From Acidimicrobiia bacterium (GTDB taxonomy: Bacteria > Actinomycetota > Acidimicrobiia > Acidimicrobiales > AC-14), in contig JAHFUQ010000003.1 in assembly GCA_023265045.1 (NCBI GenBank), positions 30,995-94,994 on the forward strand: DNA of 64,000 bases. The letters run 5' to 3'. The notes beneath the pieces are model-generated. The model ran no database searches. It saw only the letters and a program-made list of their open reading frames with translations, and was not told the origin of the DNA. Positions 24,100 to 33,561 of the stretch are shown here, piece after piece. The first letter of the stretch is position 1. Each line of letters begins with the position of its first letter. The position numbers and the translations under genes were made by a program.

Positions 24100-25690
24100 C
24101 CGGCTCGGCCTGCTTGGTCGTCTTGGCGGGCGGTGTGGCGCCGCGGCCCTGGCGGCGGATCAGCAGCACGGCCAGGCACATCGCCAACCCGAGCCCGAAC
24201 AACCCCCCCGCCAGCCCCGCCTGCAGGCCGGTGACCTTCCGGGGCTTGACCTTCCCGAACGTCACCGTACTGGTGAAGATGTCCTGGGTTTGGCTGATGG
24301 CGTTGCCGTTGCGGGTGTCGGACCAGGCGATGATCGCCCCGTTGTTGAACGAGGCGATGGCGACGGGCGACATCACGTCGATGTTGTTGATCCAGCTGCC
24401 GATGGTGCGGTCGATGGGCACGTCGTTGACTTTGGTGTTCTTGTCCCAGGTCTCGCCGCCGTCGCGCGAGCTGGTCATGTAGACGCTTGCCACCCGGCCC
24501 CGGTTGGTGAACAGCGACAGCGTGTTGCCGGCGCCGATCGTGGGCGGCGGGAACGGGTCGTCTCGCCAGTCGTACCACGCCACGTCGATCCGCCCGTTCT
24601 TGCTCAGCGAGATCTGCGGGTAGTGCTGGCCGGTGCGGGTGCCGCGGGGGTCGTCGTTGAGCAGCTTGGGCTGGCTCCACGAGTCGCCATCCTTGGACTT
24701 GGAGAAGTAGACGTCGAGCTCCTTCTCGCGGTTGTCGTGCCAGACCACGTAGAACTGCTGGCGCTCCCGGTCGTAGAGCGGGTACACCTCGCTGGCGTCG
24801 TTGGCCCGGGCGATCTCGACGTCCTTCGTCCACGTCTTGCCGCCGTCGGTCGACGTGTTGACGTACAGCTTGGTCGTCGGCGGCTCGGTCGGCGCGGGGG
24901 CGTTCGGGTCGGTGGACGCCGCCGGCGCCGACTCCCGGTAGAAAGCGTAGAGCTTGTTGCCGACCACGATCGGCCGGGGGCCGTCAAAGCCGTTGTTCTT
25001 CTCGAACATCAGCTGGGGCGGGCTCCACGTGGCGCCGCCGTCGGTCGACGTCGACATGTAGGGCCGGGTCGGCTTGGCTGGTGTGAACCGGTTGAACGAC
25101 CGCCGCCACATGGCGTAGATCGTCTTGGGCTTAGCCGGGTCGATGGCGATGTGGCCCTCGAAGTTGACCTCCATCTGCTGGCCCATCTCCGGCGCGATGG
25201 CGCCGGGGTCGATGACCGAGGTCTCCCACGAACGCCCGCCGTCCCTGGACCGGCCGATGAGCACGCTGCGGCTGCCGTTGCGATCGTCGGCGTTGGCCTG
25301 GAACACGTTGTAGATCGTGCCGTCGGGGCCTTGGGTCAGCTCCTGGCGCAGGTTCTGCGAGGTGGCTCGGCCCTGGGCGCAGTTCTTCGTGTACGGCAGG
25401 AGCGCCGGCGCGTTCTCCTGGCGCCAGCTCAGGCCTTGGTTGGTGGAGACGTAGAACCGGCACTCGCCGGTGGTCATCTCCGTGTTGCCCAGGTAGACGG
25501 TGTTGGGGTCGTCCTGGTCGACCAGCAGCGCCGGCCCCTCGTGGTCGCGCGAGAGCGGCAGCACCTTGTCGTACTGGTCGACCTGCACGTTCTTAGACGG
25601 AGTCGCCGCGCCCTTGGCGGTCGTGGACGAGCATGCCCCCGCCACGAGCGCCAGCACGATCACACCGAGCCCAGCCTGCACCTTCCGCAT
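24092..25690 (-). CDS. BNR/Asp-box (sialidase-fold) lipoprotein with C-terminal TM anchor
   Basis: Lipobox LVAGAC. Asp-boxes SRDGGRSW, STDGGATW, STDGGKTW, SKDGDSW, SRDGGETW. C-terminal TM helix plus basic tail. Confidence 0.8.
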   Translation of the reverse strand: MRKVQAGLGVIVLALVAGACSSTTAKGAATPSKNVQVDQYDKVLPLSRDHEGPALLVDQDDPNTVYLGNTEMTTGECRFYVSTNQGLSWRQENAPALLPYTKNCAQGRATSQNLRQELTQGPDGTIYNVFQANADDRNGSRSVLIGRSRDGGRSWETSVIDPGAIAPEMGQQMEVNFEGHIAIDPAKPKTIYAMWRRSFNRFTPAKPTRPYMSTSTDGGATWSPPQLMFEKNNGFDGPRPIVVGNKLYAFYRESAPAASTDPNAPAPTEPPTTKLYVNTSTDGGKTWTKDVEIARANDASEVYPLYDRERQQFYVVWHDNREKELDVYFSKSKDGDSWSQPKLLNDDPRGTRTGQHYPQISLSKNGRIDVAWYDWRDDPFPPPTIGAGNTLSLFTNRGRVASVYMTSSRDGGETWDKNTKVNDVPIDRTIGSWINNIDVMSPVAIASFNNGAIIAWSDTRNGNAISQTQDIFTSTVTFGKVKPRKVTGLQAGLAGGLFGLGLAMCLAVLLIRRQGRGATPPAKTTKQAEPVT

Positions 25691-25776
25691 GGCTCCCCCT
25701 TCCCCCACGCCGGGTTTCCTAGCCGCCGGACCGCCGCGCTGCAATAGAGGTAGCCGACACCTACCGGGCGCCCCTC

Positions 25777-26241
25777 CTACTTGATGATGAACGTCCCCAT
25801 CATCTGGGTGGGGTGGACCTCGCAGTGGAAGTGGTACGTGCCCGGCCCCGGCAGCTTGTTGGCGGCGATCTTGAAGTCCATCTTCTTCACGCCCGTGATC
25901 TGACCGGTGGAGAAGAAGACCTGGCTGGACTCGTGGCTGGCGAGGACGGCGAACGAGTGCGGCACGCCGTTGTCCTCGTTGTCGAACGTGACAGTGATGT
26001 CCTGGCCGGCCGGGACGGCCAGGCAGTCCTTGTCCCATGCCAAGCGGGCGTTGGGGAGGGCCTGGATCGCGATGGTCGGCCCAGACGGCGAGCACGTCGC
26101 CGTGGACGCGCCGTGGTCGTGGGCGGTGGTCCCGGTCGCCCCGCCCACCGCGTCGTCGCCGGCACTGTCGTTGGAGTCGCTCCCGCACGCCGTCAGTGTG
26201 AGCAGGGCGCCCACGAGCAGAACTGTCCAGGCCTTGCGCAT
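25777..26241 (-). CDS. Cupredoxin (plastocyanin/azurin-like blue copper) lipoprotein
   Basis: Lipobox LTLTAC. Copper ligands in PHSF ... YHFHCEVHPTQMMG. Confidence 0.8.
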   Translation of the reverse strand: MRKAWTVLLVGALLTLTACGSDSNDSAGDDAVGGATGTTAHDHGASTATCSPSGPTIAIQALPNARLAWDKDCLAVPAGQDITVTFDNEDNGVPHSFAVLASHESSQVFFSTGQITGVKKMDFKIAANKLPGPGTYHFHCEVHPTQMMGTFIIK

Positions 26242-26447
26242 CGTTCCGTCATCCTCCTGAGCATGCGGGCGGCCACCCAGCGGGGCAGCCTACTGGGCGC
26301 TCTACGGATGAAGGGCGCAAAGGGATCGGTCGCCGATCAGTGGCTGGTCCCGCCCGCCGCTTTCCGGCGTCGAACACACATCCGGCGTCGAAATGCCCGT
26401 GCCGGTGCTTTGCACGCCGGAGAGCCCGGCCGAGCCCGGGTCGCCCG

Positions 26448-28028
26448 TCAGTCGTAGGCCGCTTCGACGAGCCAGCGACCGCCCTCGAGGCTCAGGAGGT
26501 AGGCGTCGCCGTCGGCGGTGACCACCTGCCAGCGGGCGCGGCGGCGGTGGTCGGAGGGGTCCCACCAGCGCTCGTCGACAGGCCACGGGCCGGCCCACGC
26601 CGCCACTCGGGCCGGGGGGCGACCGTCGACGGCGAGGCGGGCGGGCGGGCCGCTGGCCGATCCCCGGCCGTTCACGTGGACCGTTGCGCCCGTGGCGTCG
26701 ACGACGTCGGCAAGGAGCGGCGCGGCCAGGACGGTCGCCGGCGCGGGCGAGGGCAGCCGCCCGGGCCACGGCGGGCGAGGCGACGTCTCGCCGGCGCGTG
26801 GCGCCCCCCATGGGACGAGGCGGGCCTGCTCGCACGGCCCGCGGCCGCCCACCACCTCACCGGTGGCGACGGCGGCGGGGCCCAGCCGGCCTTGGATCCG
26901 CTCGAGGGCGCGTGCCACCCGCTCGGCGACCGCCCGGTCGCCGCCCCAGAACCCCGCTTGGCGCCCGCCGTCGGGGCGGACCTCTTCCGGCGCCAGCCGC
27001 AGGAGCGTGATCGGCCCCGTCGGGCGGCCCGCGCCCGGATGGTTGAGCCAGCCGTCCAGGTGCCACCGGGCCCGTTCCGCTAAGGCGGCCGCGCCGGCGC
27101 CGGGGCCGCCGCCCGATCCGGCGTCCGATTGATCGTGCAGCCGCCACAGCCGCGACCGCGACTCGCCGTGCTCGGTCTCGGCGTCGATGCGCACGGCGAC
27201 CAGGGCGAGGCCGCGGGCGGCCAGCGATTCGTGCAACTGGGCGGCCAGCGACCGGGCCACGAACGCCGCGGTCTCGACGGACTCGGCGGGGGGGTCGAGC
27301 TCGGCCGCCACGGCCAGGTCGGGAGGCGGGGTGCGCGCCGCCAGCGGCCGCTCGTCGAGGCCGCGGGCGAGCCGGTGGGCCGCTTCGCCAGGGAGGCCGA
27401 AGCGGGCCAGGACGGCCCGGCCCGGGAGGGCGGCGAACTCGCCCAGGGTGCGGATCCCGAGTCGGCGGAGCAGGTCGGGCAGGTCGGGGGCACAAGCGTC
27501 GAGGACCCTGACTGCGAAGGGGGCCAGGAACGCTGGGCTCTCGCCAGGCGGGACGAGCCGGCCTCCCTGGCGTTCGGGCACGCAGCCGGTGCGGGCCGCG
27601 AGCTCGGCCGCGAACCGCCCGTCGGCGATGCCGACGCGGGCGCCGTCGACCTGTTTGGCCACCGCGGCCGCCAGCACGTCAGCGAGGGCTTTGTCGCCGC
27701 CGAAGTACCGGGACGGGCCGCGGGTGGCGAACGCCGCCACCCCGGGGCGGAGGATCTCGACGGTCGGGGTGAACGCCTCCAGCGCCGCCACCACCGGCTC
27801 GAACGCACGGGCGTCGCGGCGGGGGTCGTGGTCGAGGACCGTCAGCCCCGGGCAGCACGCCTCCGCCTGGCGGCGGCGGTGGCCCCGCCGCACGCCATCG
27901 GCGCGGGCGGCAGCCGAGCACGCCACCACCCGGCCCGCGTCGAGGACCGCGGCCGCCTCGGTGGGCGCCACGCCCGCCGCCACGACCGGCCAGTCCGGGC
28001 GCCAGACGACCAGCATGCGCGTCGTCAT
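26448..28028 (-). CDS. imuB: Y-family polymerase-like mutasome subunit ImuB
   Basis: MLVVWRPDWPVVAAG N-terminus typical of ImuB. Located downstream of imuA'. About 526 aa. Confidence 0.8.
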   Translation of the reverse strand: MTTRMLVVWRPDWPVVAAGVAPTEAAAVLDAGRVVACSAAARADGVRRGHRRRQAEACCPGLTVLDHDPRRDARAFEPVVAALEAFTPTVEILRPGVAAFATRGPSRYFGGDKALADVLAAAVAKQVDGARVGIADGRFAAELAARTGCVPERQGGRLVPPGESPAFLAPFAVRVLDACAPDLPDLLRRLGIRTLGEFAALPGRAVLARFGLPGEAAHRLARGLDERPLAARTPPPDLAVAAELDPPAESVETAAFVARSLAAQLHESLAARGLALVAVRIDAETEHGESRSRLWRLHDQSDAGSGGGPGAGAAALAERARWHLDGWLNHPGAGRPTGPITLLRLAPEEVRPDGGRQAGFWGGDRAVAERVARALERIQGRLGPAAVATGEVVGGRGPCEQARLVPWGAPRAGETSPRPPWPGRLPSPAPATVLAAPLLADVVDATGATVHVNGRGSASGPPARLAVDGRPPARVAAWAGPWPVDERWWDPSDHRRRARWQVVTADGDAYLLSLEGGRWLVEAAYD

Positions 28029-28056
28029 CGAACGCCGGCCATCGAACCGCGGGCCA

Positions 28057-28761
28057 TCACCCGGCGCCCGCCATCGCGTCCTGGCCTGCGCAGGCTCGCA
28101 TTTCGGCGTCTTTTCGCAGGCCAGAACCGCCTGACGCCGCCGACGCCCCACCATCGGGCCCGGGCAGCCACAACGCCACCCGTTTCTCCCGCGCCGCCGC
28201 CCCCCGGCCGTTGGCGACCACGTCCACCCGCCGGGCCCCCAACCGGCCGTCGCCCTGGCCGATCCCCTCCCAGGCCGCGCCCGTCACCGCCAGCCGCACG
28301 TCGGCGCCGGGCCAGGACCCGACGGCCACCAGGACCGCCGACCGTTCCCGCGCCTTGGCCGCCAACCGCCGGGCCACGGCCTCCCGCACGAGGCCGGCCG
28401 GCCGGGCCAGGACCACATCGACCGCGTCCATCAGGGCCGCGACCGCCCATGCCCACTCCTCAGGAGAAGGAGGCGCCGCCACCAGCGGGAACCGTTCCAG
28501 TGCGATCCCCACCTCGGCCGCGGCCACCACGCCCAGCGACGCCAACCCCACCGCCGCGCACCACGACCCCGCCGCCGACGCCCCCGCCAGCAGCGCCAGC
28601 GCCAGCGAGGTGGACCCGGCTACCGATATGACCGACCCCCGACGCAGCGCCCCGTCGGGCAGCAACGGCGCCAGCGGGGCGAGCACGGGCAGCAGCCGCT
28701 CGCCCGCCAAGGCGACCGGTCGCGCCTTCTCCGCGAGTGCGTCCAGCCCCATCCCCGCCAT
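28057..28761 (-). CDS. imuA': RecA-fold mutasome component ImuA'
   Basis: GALRRGSVISVAGSTSLALALLAGASAAGSWCAAVG pattern. Gene order imuA'-imuB with a LexA box 6 nt upstream. Confidence 0.7.
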   Translation of the reverse strand: MAGMGLDALAEKARPVALAGERLLPVLAPLAPLLPDGALRRGSVISVAGSTSLALALLAGASAAGSWCAAVGLASLGVVAAAEVGIALERFPLVAAPPSPEEWAWAVAALMDAVDVVLARPAGLVREAVARRLAAKARERSAVLVAVGSWPGADVRLAVTGAAWEGIGQGDGRLGARRVDVVANGRGAAAREKRVALWLPGPDGGASAASGGSGLRKDAEMRACAGQDAMAGAG

Positions 28762-28766
28762 CGTAA

Positions 28767-28782
28767 TCGAATGCTTGTTCGT
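28767..28782. promoter_or_regulatory. LexA (SOS) box upstream of imuA'-imuB
   Basis: TCGAAT-GCTT-GTTCGT compared with the consensus TCGAAC-N4-GTTCGA. Confidence 0.65.
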
Positions 28783-28814
28783 TGCAACCCGCCAGCATGT
28801 GATACACTGAAAAC

Positions 28815-29383
28815 ATGTCGACAGCACCCGAGATCATCGCTAGGAACGTGACTGCCGACGAGTTCCTCGCTCGGGACGACTGGCCTCGCGGATCGCAGCT
28901 CATCGCTGGTGAGGTCATCGTGAACCAGCCGCTCCTTCCCCACCAGTGGTACCTGAGCAGAATTTTCGCCCGCCTATAGGCGTGGACCGAAGCTGGGCTC
29001 GGTCGGGGCTTCGTCTGCCTTTCAGTCGACCTTCGCCTCGGTCCGTCCGACGTCTACGCGCCCGACCTGTGTGGGTGCGCGAGACAAGAAAGCCCGCGCT
29101 CCGCGCCGTGGCGCTCGACGGTTTGCCCGACCTGATCGTCGAGGTCCGCTCCCCCTCCACGTGGCGATATGACACCGGCCGGAAGCGGCTCAAATATGAA
29201 CAGGGTGGTGTCGCCGAGCTATGGCTAGTCGACACCGTGGCCCACGTCGTCCTCGCCCACCGCCGGTCGACCCCAGACCAACCCAATTTCAACGAGGCGC
29301 TGGTCATCCCCGTGAGCGGGGTGCTGGGATCGCCCGTGCTGCCCGGGTTCGCCCTGCCCGTGGCCGACGTCTTCGCCCGGTAG
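28815..29383 (+). pseudogene. Uma2 (DUF820) family endonuclease, disrupted
   Basis: Frame 0 reads MSTAPEIIARNVTADEFLA...SRIFARL, then TAG (28977-28979), then AWTEAGLGRGFVCLSVDLRLGPSDVYAPDL. A 1-nt frameshift near 29066-29075 leads to VWVRETRKPALRAVALDGLPDLIVEVRSPSTWRYDTGRKRLKYEQGGVAELWLVD. Confidence 0.65.
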
Positions 29384-29385
29384 GG

Positions 29386-29697
29386 CTAGGGCGCGACCTC
29401 GTCCACCGCCGGCTCCGCCACCTCGACGCCCGGCCGGTAGTACGTGAACAGGTCCACGATGATCTCGGCCAGCCCGTCGCTCGACGCGCCCTCGGCCAGC
29501 TCCACCGTCACCACGTTCGAGTACACGTGCACGGCCTTCACGCCGGGCTGGTCGAACAGCCGCCGGGCCAGCGCGTCGCACGGCCGGTGGCCCACCGCGT
29601 CGGCCGCCGAGCGGTACCGCTCGTGGCCCATCCCGGTGAGGCTGCGGTTCAGGTCGAACGCGGCCGTGCCCGGTTTGGTCCCCCGTCGCTCGGTCAC
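29386..29697 (-). CDS. Nfu/NifU N-terminal-like scaffold domain protein
   Basis: GTG 29697; 103 aa. ALARRLFDQPGVKAVHVYSNVVTVEL pattern. Confidence 0.55.
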   Translation of the reverse strand: MTERRGTKPGTAAFDLNRSLTGMGHERYRSAADAVGHRPCDALARRLFDQPGVKAVHVYSNVVTVELAEGASSDGLAEIIVDLFTYYRPGVEVAEPAVDEVAP

Positions 29698-29736
29698 CCG
29701 GATCAATTGACCCACGAAGGGGCACACTATCGGGGC

Positions 29737-30669
29737 ATGGCGGACCCGACCGAATTCGCTCGAGCGCTGGTCGACGGCGTCGCGTCCGTCGTCCTCGGCA
29801 AGCGCGACGAGATCGCCCTCGTCGTCGCCGGCCTGCTGGCGGGCGGCCACGTGCTGGTGGAGGACGTGCCGGGTGTAGGCAAGACCCTCCTCGCCAAGAG
29901 CCTGGCGCGCTGCGTCGGCGGCAGTGTCGGCCGGGTCCAGGGCACCGCCGACCTCATGCCGACCGACATCACCGGCGTGAGCGTCTTCAACCGCCAGAGC
30001 GGCGAGTGGGACTTCCACCCCGGCCCGGTGTTCCACCACGTGGTGCTGGTGGACGAGATCAACCGGGCCACCCCGCGCGCCCAGTCCGCCCTGCTCGAAG
30101 CCATGGCCGAGGGCCAGGTCACCGTGGACGGCCGCGGCCACACCCTGCCCCAGCCCTTCTTCGTCATCGCCACCCAGAACCCGTACGGCGACGTGGGCAC
30201 CTTCCCGCTCGTCGAAGGCCAGTGCGACCGCTTCGCCCTCGTGGTCTCCCTCGGCTTGCCCGATCGCAACGCCGAGCGGGCCATGCTCCAGGGCGACGGC
30301 GGTCCCGCCGCCCTCGACCGCGTCGAGCCCCTCGCCACCCCGGAGTCGTTGGCCCAGGCGGTGGCCGCCATCGACGGCGCCTACGTGGCGCCCGGGATCC
30401 TCGACTACGTCCTCGACGTGGTGGCCGCCACGCGGGCCCACCGCGAGGTCGACCACGGAGCCAGCCCCCGCGCCGCCGGCGCCCTCCTGCGGGTGGCGAA
30501 GGCGTACGCGGCCGTGTCCGGCCGCGACTTCGTCACCCCTGACGACGTGAAGGCGGTGGCCGTCGCGGTGCTCGCCCACCGGGTCGGCGCCGTCACCCGA
30601 AGGGGGACGGAGGCCATGCGCCCGCTCCTGCGCGACCTCCTCGCCACCGTCGCCGTCCCGCCCGTGTGA
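29737..30669 (+). CDS. MoxR family AAA+ ATPase
   Basis: Walker A DVPGVGKT, Walker B VVLVDEINRA, VIATQNP, GASPRA. Confidence 0.9.
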   Translation: MADPTEFARALVDGVASVVLGKRDEIALVVAGLLAGGHVLVEDVPGVGKTLLAKSLARCVGGSVGRVQGTADLMPTDITGVSVFNRQSGEWDFHPGPVFHHVVLVDEINRATPRAQSALLEAMAEGQVTVDGRGHTLPQPFFVIATQNPYGDVGTFPLVEGQCDRFALVVSLGLPDRNAERAMLQGDGGPAALDRVEPLATPESLAQAVAAIDGAYVAPGILDYVLDVVAATRAHREVDHGASPRAAGALLRVAKAYAAVSGRDFVTPDDVKAVAVAVLAHRVGAVTRRGTEAMRPLLRDLLATVAVPPV

Positions 30670-31646
30670 GCGACCGCCCGGCCGCGCGGGCCGACGGGCG
30701 CGACACCCAGTGGCGCACCACCGGGCTCACCTTCGCCGCCGGCCTGCTCGCCTACGCCACCTGGCAGGTGTGGCGCAACAGCGGTTCGCGGCCGTGCCTG
30801 TTCGTCTGTGTGGCGACCGTGGTGATCGCCCTCGTCGATGTCGTCTGGGCGCGGGTCTCGACCCGTCGCACCCAGGTGCGCGTCGTCGCCAACCCCTCCG
30901 AGCTCTACGCCGGCGACCCCGTCGCCGTGGAGCTCGACATCGCCGGCCCCCGCCGCAGCGTCGGCGTCCGCCTGGCGACGTTCGACCAGGACGCCGAGAG
31001 CGCGGCCGCCGACATCCCCTCCCGCCGGCCGTTCCACGGTGTGGCCGCCACCCGCCGGTTGCACACGGAGATCACCGTCGAGGTGCACGGCTTCGGGCTG
31101 GCCGGGCTGCTCTCCACGATCCGGCGGTTCACCGTCCCCCTCGCCCGCCCCCTGGCGGTCGGGCCCCGCCCCGTCGAGGCCGCCCAACCGCTCCCGGACC
31201 TGTTCCGGAGCTGGGGCGACGGCGAGCCCCGCCCCTCGCACACGGGCGACGTCGTGCGCGGGGTGCGCCCCTACGTCCCCGGCGATCCCGTCCACCGCAT
31301 CCACTGGCGGGCGACGGCCCGTACCGGCGACCTGGTGGTCAAGGAGGTGGACGAGACCGGCGCGCCCCGGTTGACCATCGCCCTCGACCTGGGCGGCGGC
31401 GGGATGGCGGGTGAACGGGCCGCCGGCCGGGTCGCGTGGTATGCGCTCGAAGGCCTGCGGCGCGGCTACGCCGTCGTCGTCCTCGCCACCGAGCGGCGCC
31501 AGACCGTGCGCGGCGCGGTCACCTCCGCATCCGACGTGATCCGCCGCCTGGCCGCGGCCACTGCTCCCGGCGCACCCGACCTGTCCGTGGACGACGAGGC
31601 GTCGGTCATCCTCCTCGTGACCGACCAAGGCGACTCGTGGCGCTGA
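30666..31646 (+). CDS. DUF58 domain protein
   Basis: GTG 30666 overlaps the MoxR stop. VRGVRPYVPGDPVHRIHWRATARTGDLVVKE. Confidence 0.85.
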   Translation: MSDRPAARADGRDTQWRTTGLTFAAGLLAYATWQVWRNSGSRPCLFVCVATVVIALVDVVWARVSTRRTQVRVVANPSELYAGDPVAVELDIAGPRRSVGVRLATFDQDAESAAADIPSRRPFHGVAATRRLHTEITVEVHGFGLAGLLSTIRRFTVPLARPLAVGPRPVEAAQPLPDLFRSWGDGEPRPSHTGDVVRGVRPYVPGDPVHRIHWRATARTGDLVVKEVDETGAPRLTIALDLGGGGMAGERAAGRVAWYALEGLRRGYAVVVLATERRQTVRGAVTSASDVIRRLAAATAPGAPDLSVDDEASVILLVTDQGDSWR

Positions 31647-33550
31647 CCGCGGCGCTGGCGGCAGCCGTCGCCGCCGTCTGCGCCGCCGCCGCCACCGGGT
31701 TCGCGCCCGCCCTCGTCGCCCTGCTGCTCGTCCCCGGCGTGGCGCTCACGGCCGCCCGGCCCGGTCGCCGGGTGGTCGCTCCGCCGTGGGTCGCGAAATG
31801 GCTCCCGATCGCGGGGGCGGCCCTCGGCTTCGCGGTGCTGCTCTCCCTCCGGACGCCCCGGCCGTCCCGGTACCTGATCCTGCTCGCCGTGGCGCTGAGC
31901 CTTCTGTGGCCCCAAACCGTCCGGATGAGCCTGTTCGTCACCGCCGCCTGCCTGCTCGGGGCCGGCCCGTCCCTGAGCGCCGTCGCCCTCCCCCTCGCCG
32001 GCTTCGCCGCCGCCAGCGCCGTCGTCCTCGTCGCCGCCAACCGCACGATGGGCACGAAGGGAGGGCCGTGGGCAGGACCAGGGCCGGGGCGGGGCCGGGG
32101 GACGGCCGTCGACGCCGCCACCCTGCTCGCCATCGCGGGCCTCGTGGCGCTGCTAGCGGCCGCCCTCCTGCCGAGCCCGGACACCGCCAACCGGCCCTCG
32201 GCCGGCCGGTCGCCGGGCAAACCCCGAGCTCGGGCCTCGGCGCCGGCCGCGCCGTACCTCCAGCCCACCGACGAGCTCGACGCGGGCGGCCCGGGCACGG
32301 GCAAGGGCGACCAGATCGTGTTCCGGGTGACCGCGCCCCGGACGGCGCTGTGGCGGACGATGACCTTCGACGAGTACGACGGGCGCACGTGGCGCCGGTC
32401 GCCCCAGCTCTCGCCGGCGCCCGCCCGTTCCGGCCCGAACGTCTTCGTTCCCGGGGGCCCCACCGACGAGCCGGACTACCGGCAGCCGCCGCTCGTCCAG
32501 CGCATCCGGATCGAGGCGCCGGCCGTCGGCGTGCTTCCCGCGGCGGCGCGCCTCCTGAGCGTCGAGCTGCCTGGGCAGGGCGGCGCCGCGGTCGCGCCCG
32601 ACGGCACCGTCCAAGCCACCCCCCAACTGGGCAAGGGCGCCACGTACATCGCCACGAGCTACGTGCCGGGCCCGCCCCGCGCCGCCCCAACCGGCGAGGA
32701 CGTCCCCCCTGAGCTGGCCGCCCAGTACCTCGGCTTTCCCGCCCTGCCCGAGCGGGTTGCTCAGCTGGCTCGCGAGATCGTCAGCGGCGCGGGCCCGACG
32801 GCGTACGCAAAGGCTCAGGCCGTCGAGGGCTGGTTCCGCGCCAATACCGACGTCGCGGCCGGGACGCCCGCCCTCGCGCCGGGCGCCGACCCGATCGAGG
32901 AGCTCCTGTTCACCGAGCGGCGCGGGTCCTCGCAGCAAGCGGCGTCAGCCATGGCGGTCATGCTCCGCGCGCTGCGCATCCCCGCCCGCCTCGCCGTCGG
33001 GTACGTGTCGCCCCGGCCCTTCGCCGTCGGCGGCGAGATGACCGTCCGCGCCCGCCACGCCCACGCCTGGGTCGAAGCCTGGCTTGCGGGCGCGGGCTGG
33101 GTGGCGTTCGACCCGGCGGGCCGGTTCACGGCGCCGGGCCAGGACGTCGAGTCGCTCTGGTCCCGTTTGAAGCGCCTCGTCGCCGCCCTGTGGTGGGTCC
33201 TCGCCGTGGTCGTGGCCGCTCTCGCCCTCTGGCTCGGCTCACGGCTCTGGCGCAAGCAGCGCCTGCGCCGGTCCCGCCCGTGGGCCACCCAGGCCTACGA
33301 ACGCATCGCCGCCGCCGGCGAAAAGCGCGGCCGCCCCCGGCGGCCGGCCGAGACGCCGATCGAATACTGCGCCGCCCTCGGCGCCGAAGTGGGCGACGGC
33401 GCGCTCGCCGTCCGGCTAGCCCGCGTCGGCGCGCTCGTGACCGCCGCCGCGTGGTCGCCGTGCGAGCCGCCCGACGACGAACGGGCGTGGGCCGACGACG
33501 TCGTGCGCGACCTCCAGGCGTCCCCGGGGAGCAAGCACGTCGCTGGGTAG
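31637..33550 (+). CDS. Transglutaminase-like membrane protein (nucleophile position is Ser, not Cys)
   Basis: GTG 31637 overlaps the DUF58 stop. N-terminal TM helices, then the core RRGSSQQAASAMAVMLRALRIPARLAVGY ... HAHAWVEAW ... WVAFDP. Confidence 0.8.
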   Translation: MALTAALAAAVAAVCAAAATGFAPALVALLLVPGVALTAARPGRRVVAPPWVAKWLPIAGAALGFAVLLSLRTPRPSRYLILLAVALSLLWPQTVRMSLFVTAACLLGAGPSLSAVALPLAGFAAASAVVLVAANRTMGTKGGPWAGPGPGRGRGTAVDAATLLAIAGLVALLAAALLPSPDTANRPSAGRSPGKPRARASAPAAPYLQPTDELDAGGPGTGKGDQIVFRVTAPRTALWRTMTFDEYDGRTWRRSPQLSPAPARSGPNVFVPGGPTDEPDYRQPPLVQRIRIEAPAVGVLPAAARLLSVELPGQGGAAVAPDGTVQATPQLGKGATYIATSYVPGPPRAAPTGEDVPPELAAQYLGFPALPERVAQLAREIVSGAGPTAYAKAQAVEGWFRANTDVAAGTPALAPGADPIEELLFTERRGSSQQAASAMAVMLRALRIPARLAVGYVSPRPFAVGGEMTVRARHAHAWVEAWLAGAGWVAFDPAGRFTAPGQDVESLWSRLKRLVAALWWVLAVVVAALALWLGSRLWRKQRLRRSRPWATQAYERIAAAGEKRGRPRRPAETPIEYCAALGAEVGDGALAVRLARVGALVTAAAWSPCEPPDDERAWADDVVRDLQASPGSKHVAG

Positions 33551-33561
33551 GCTCGCAGCGC

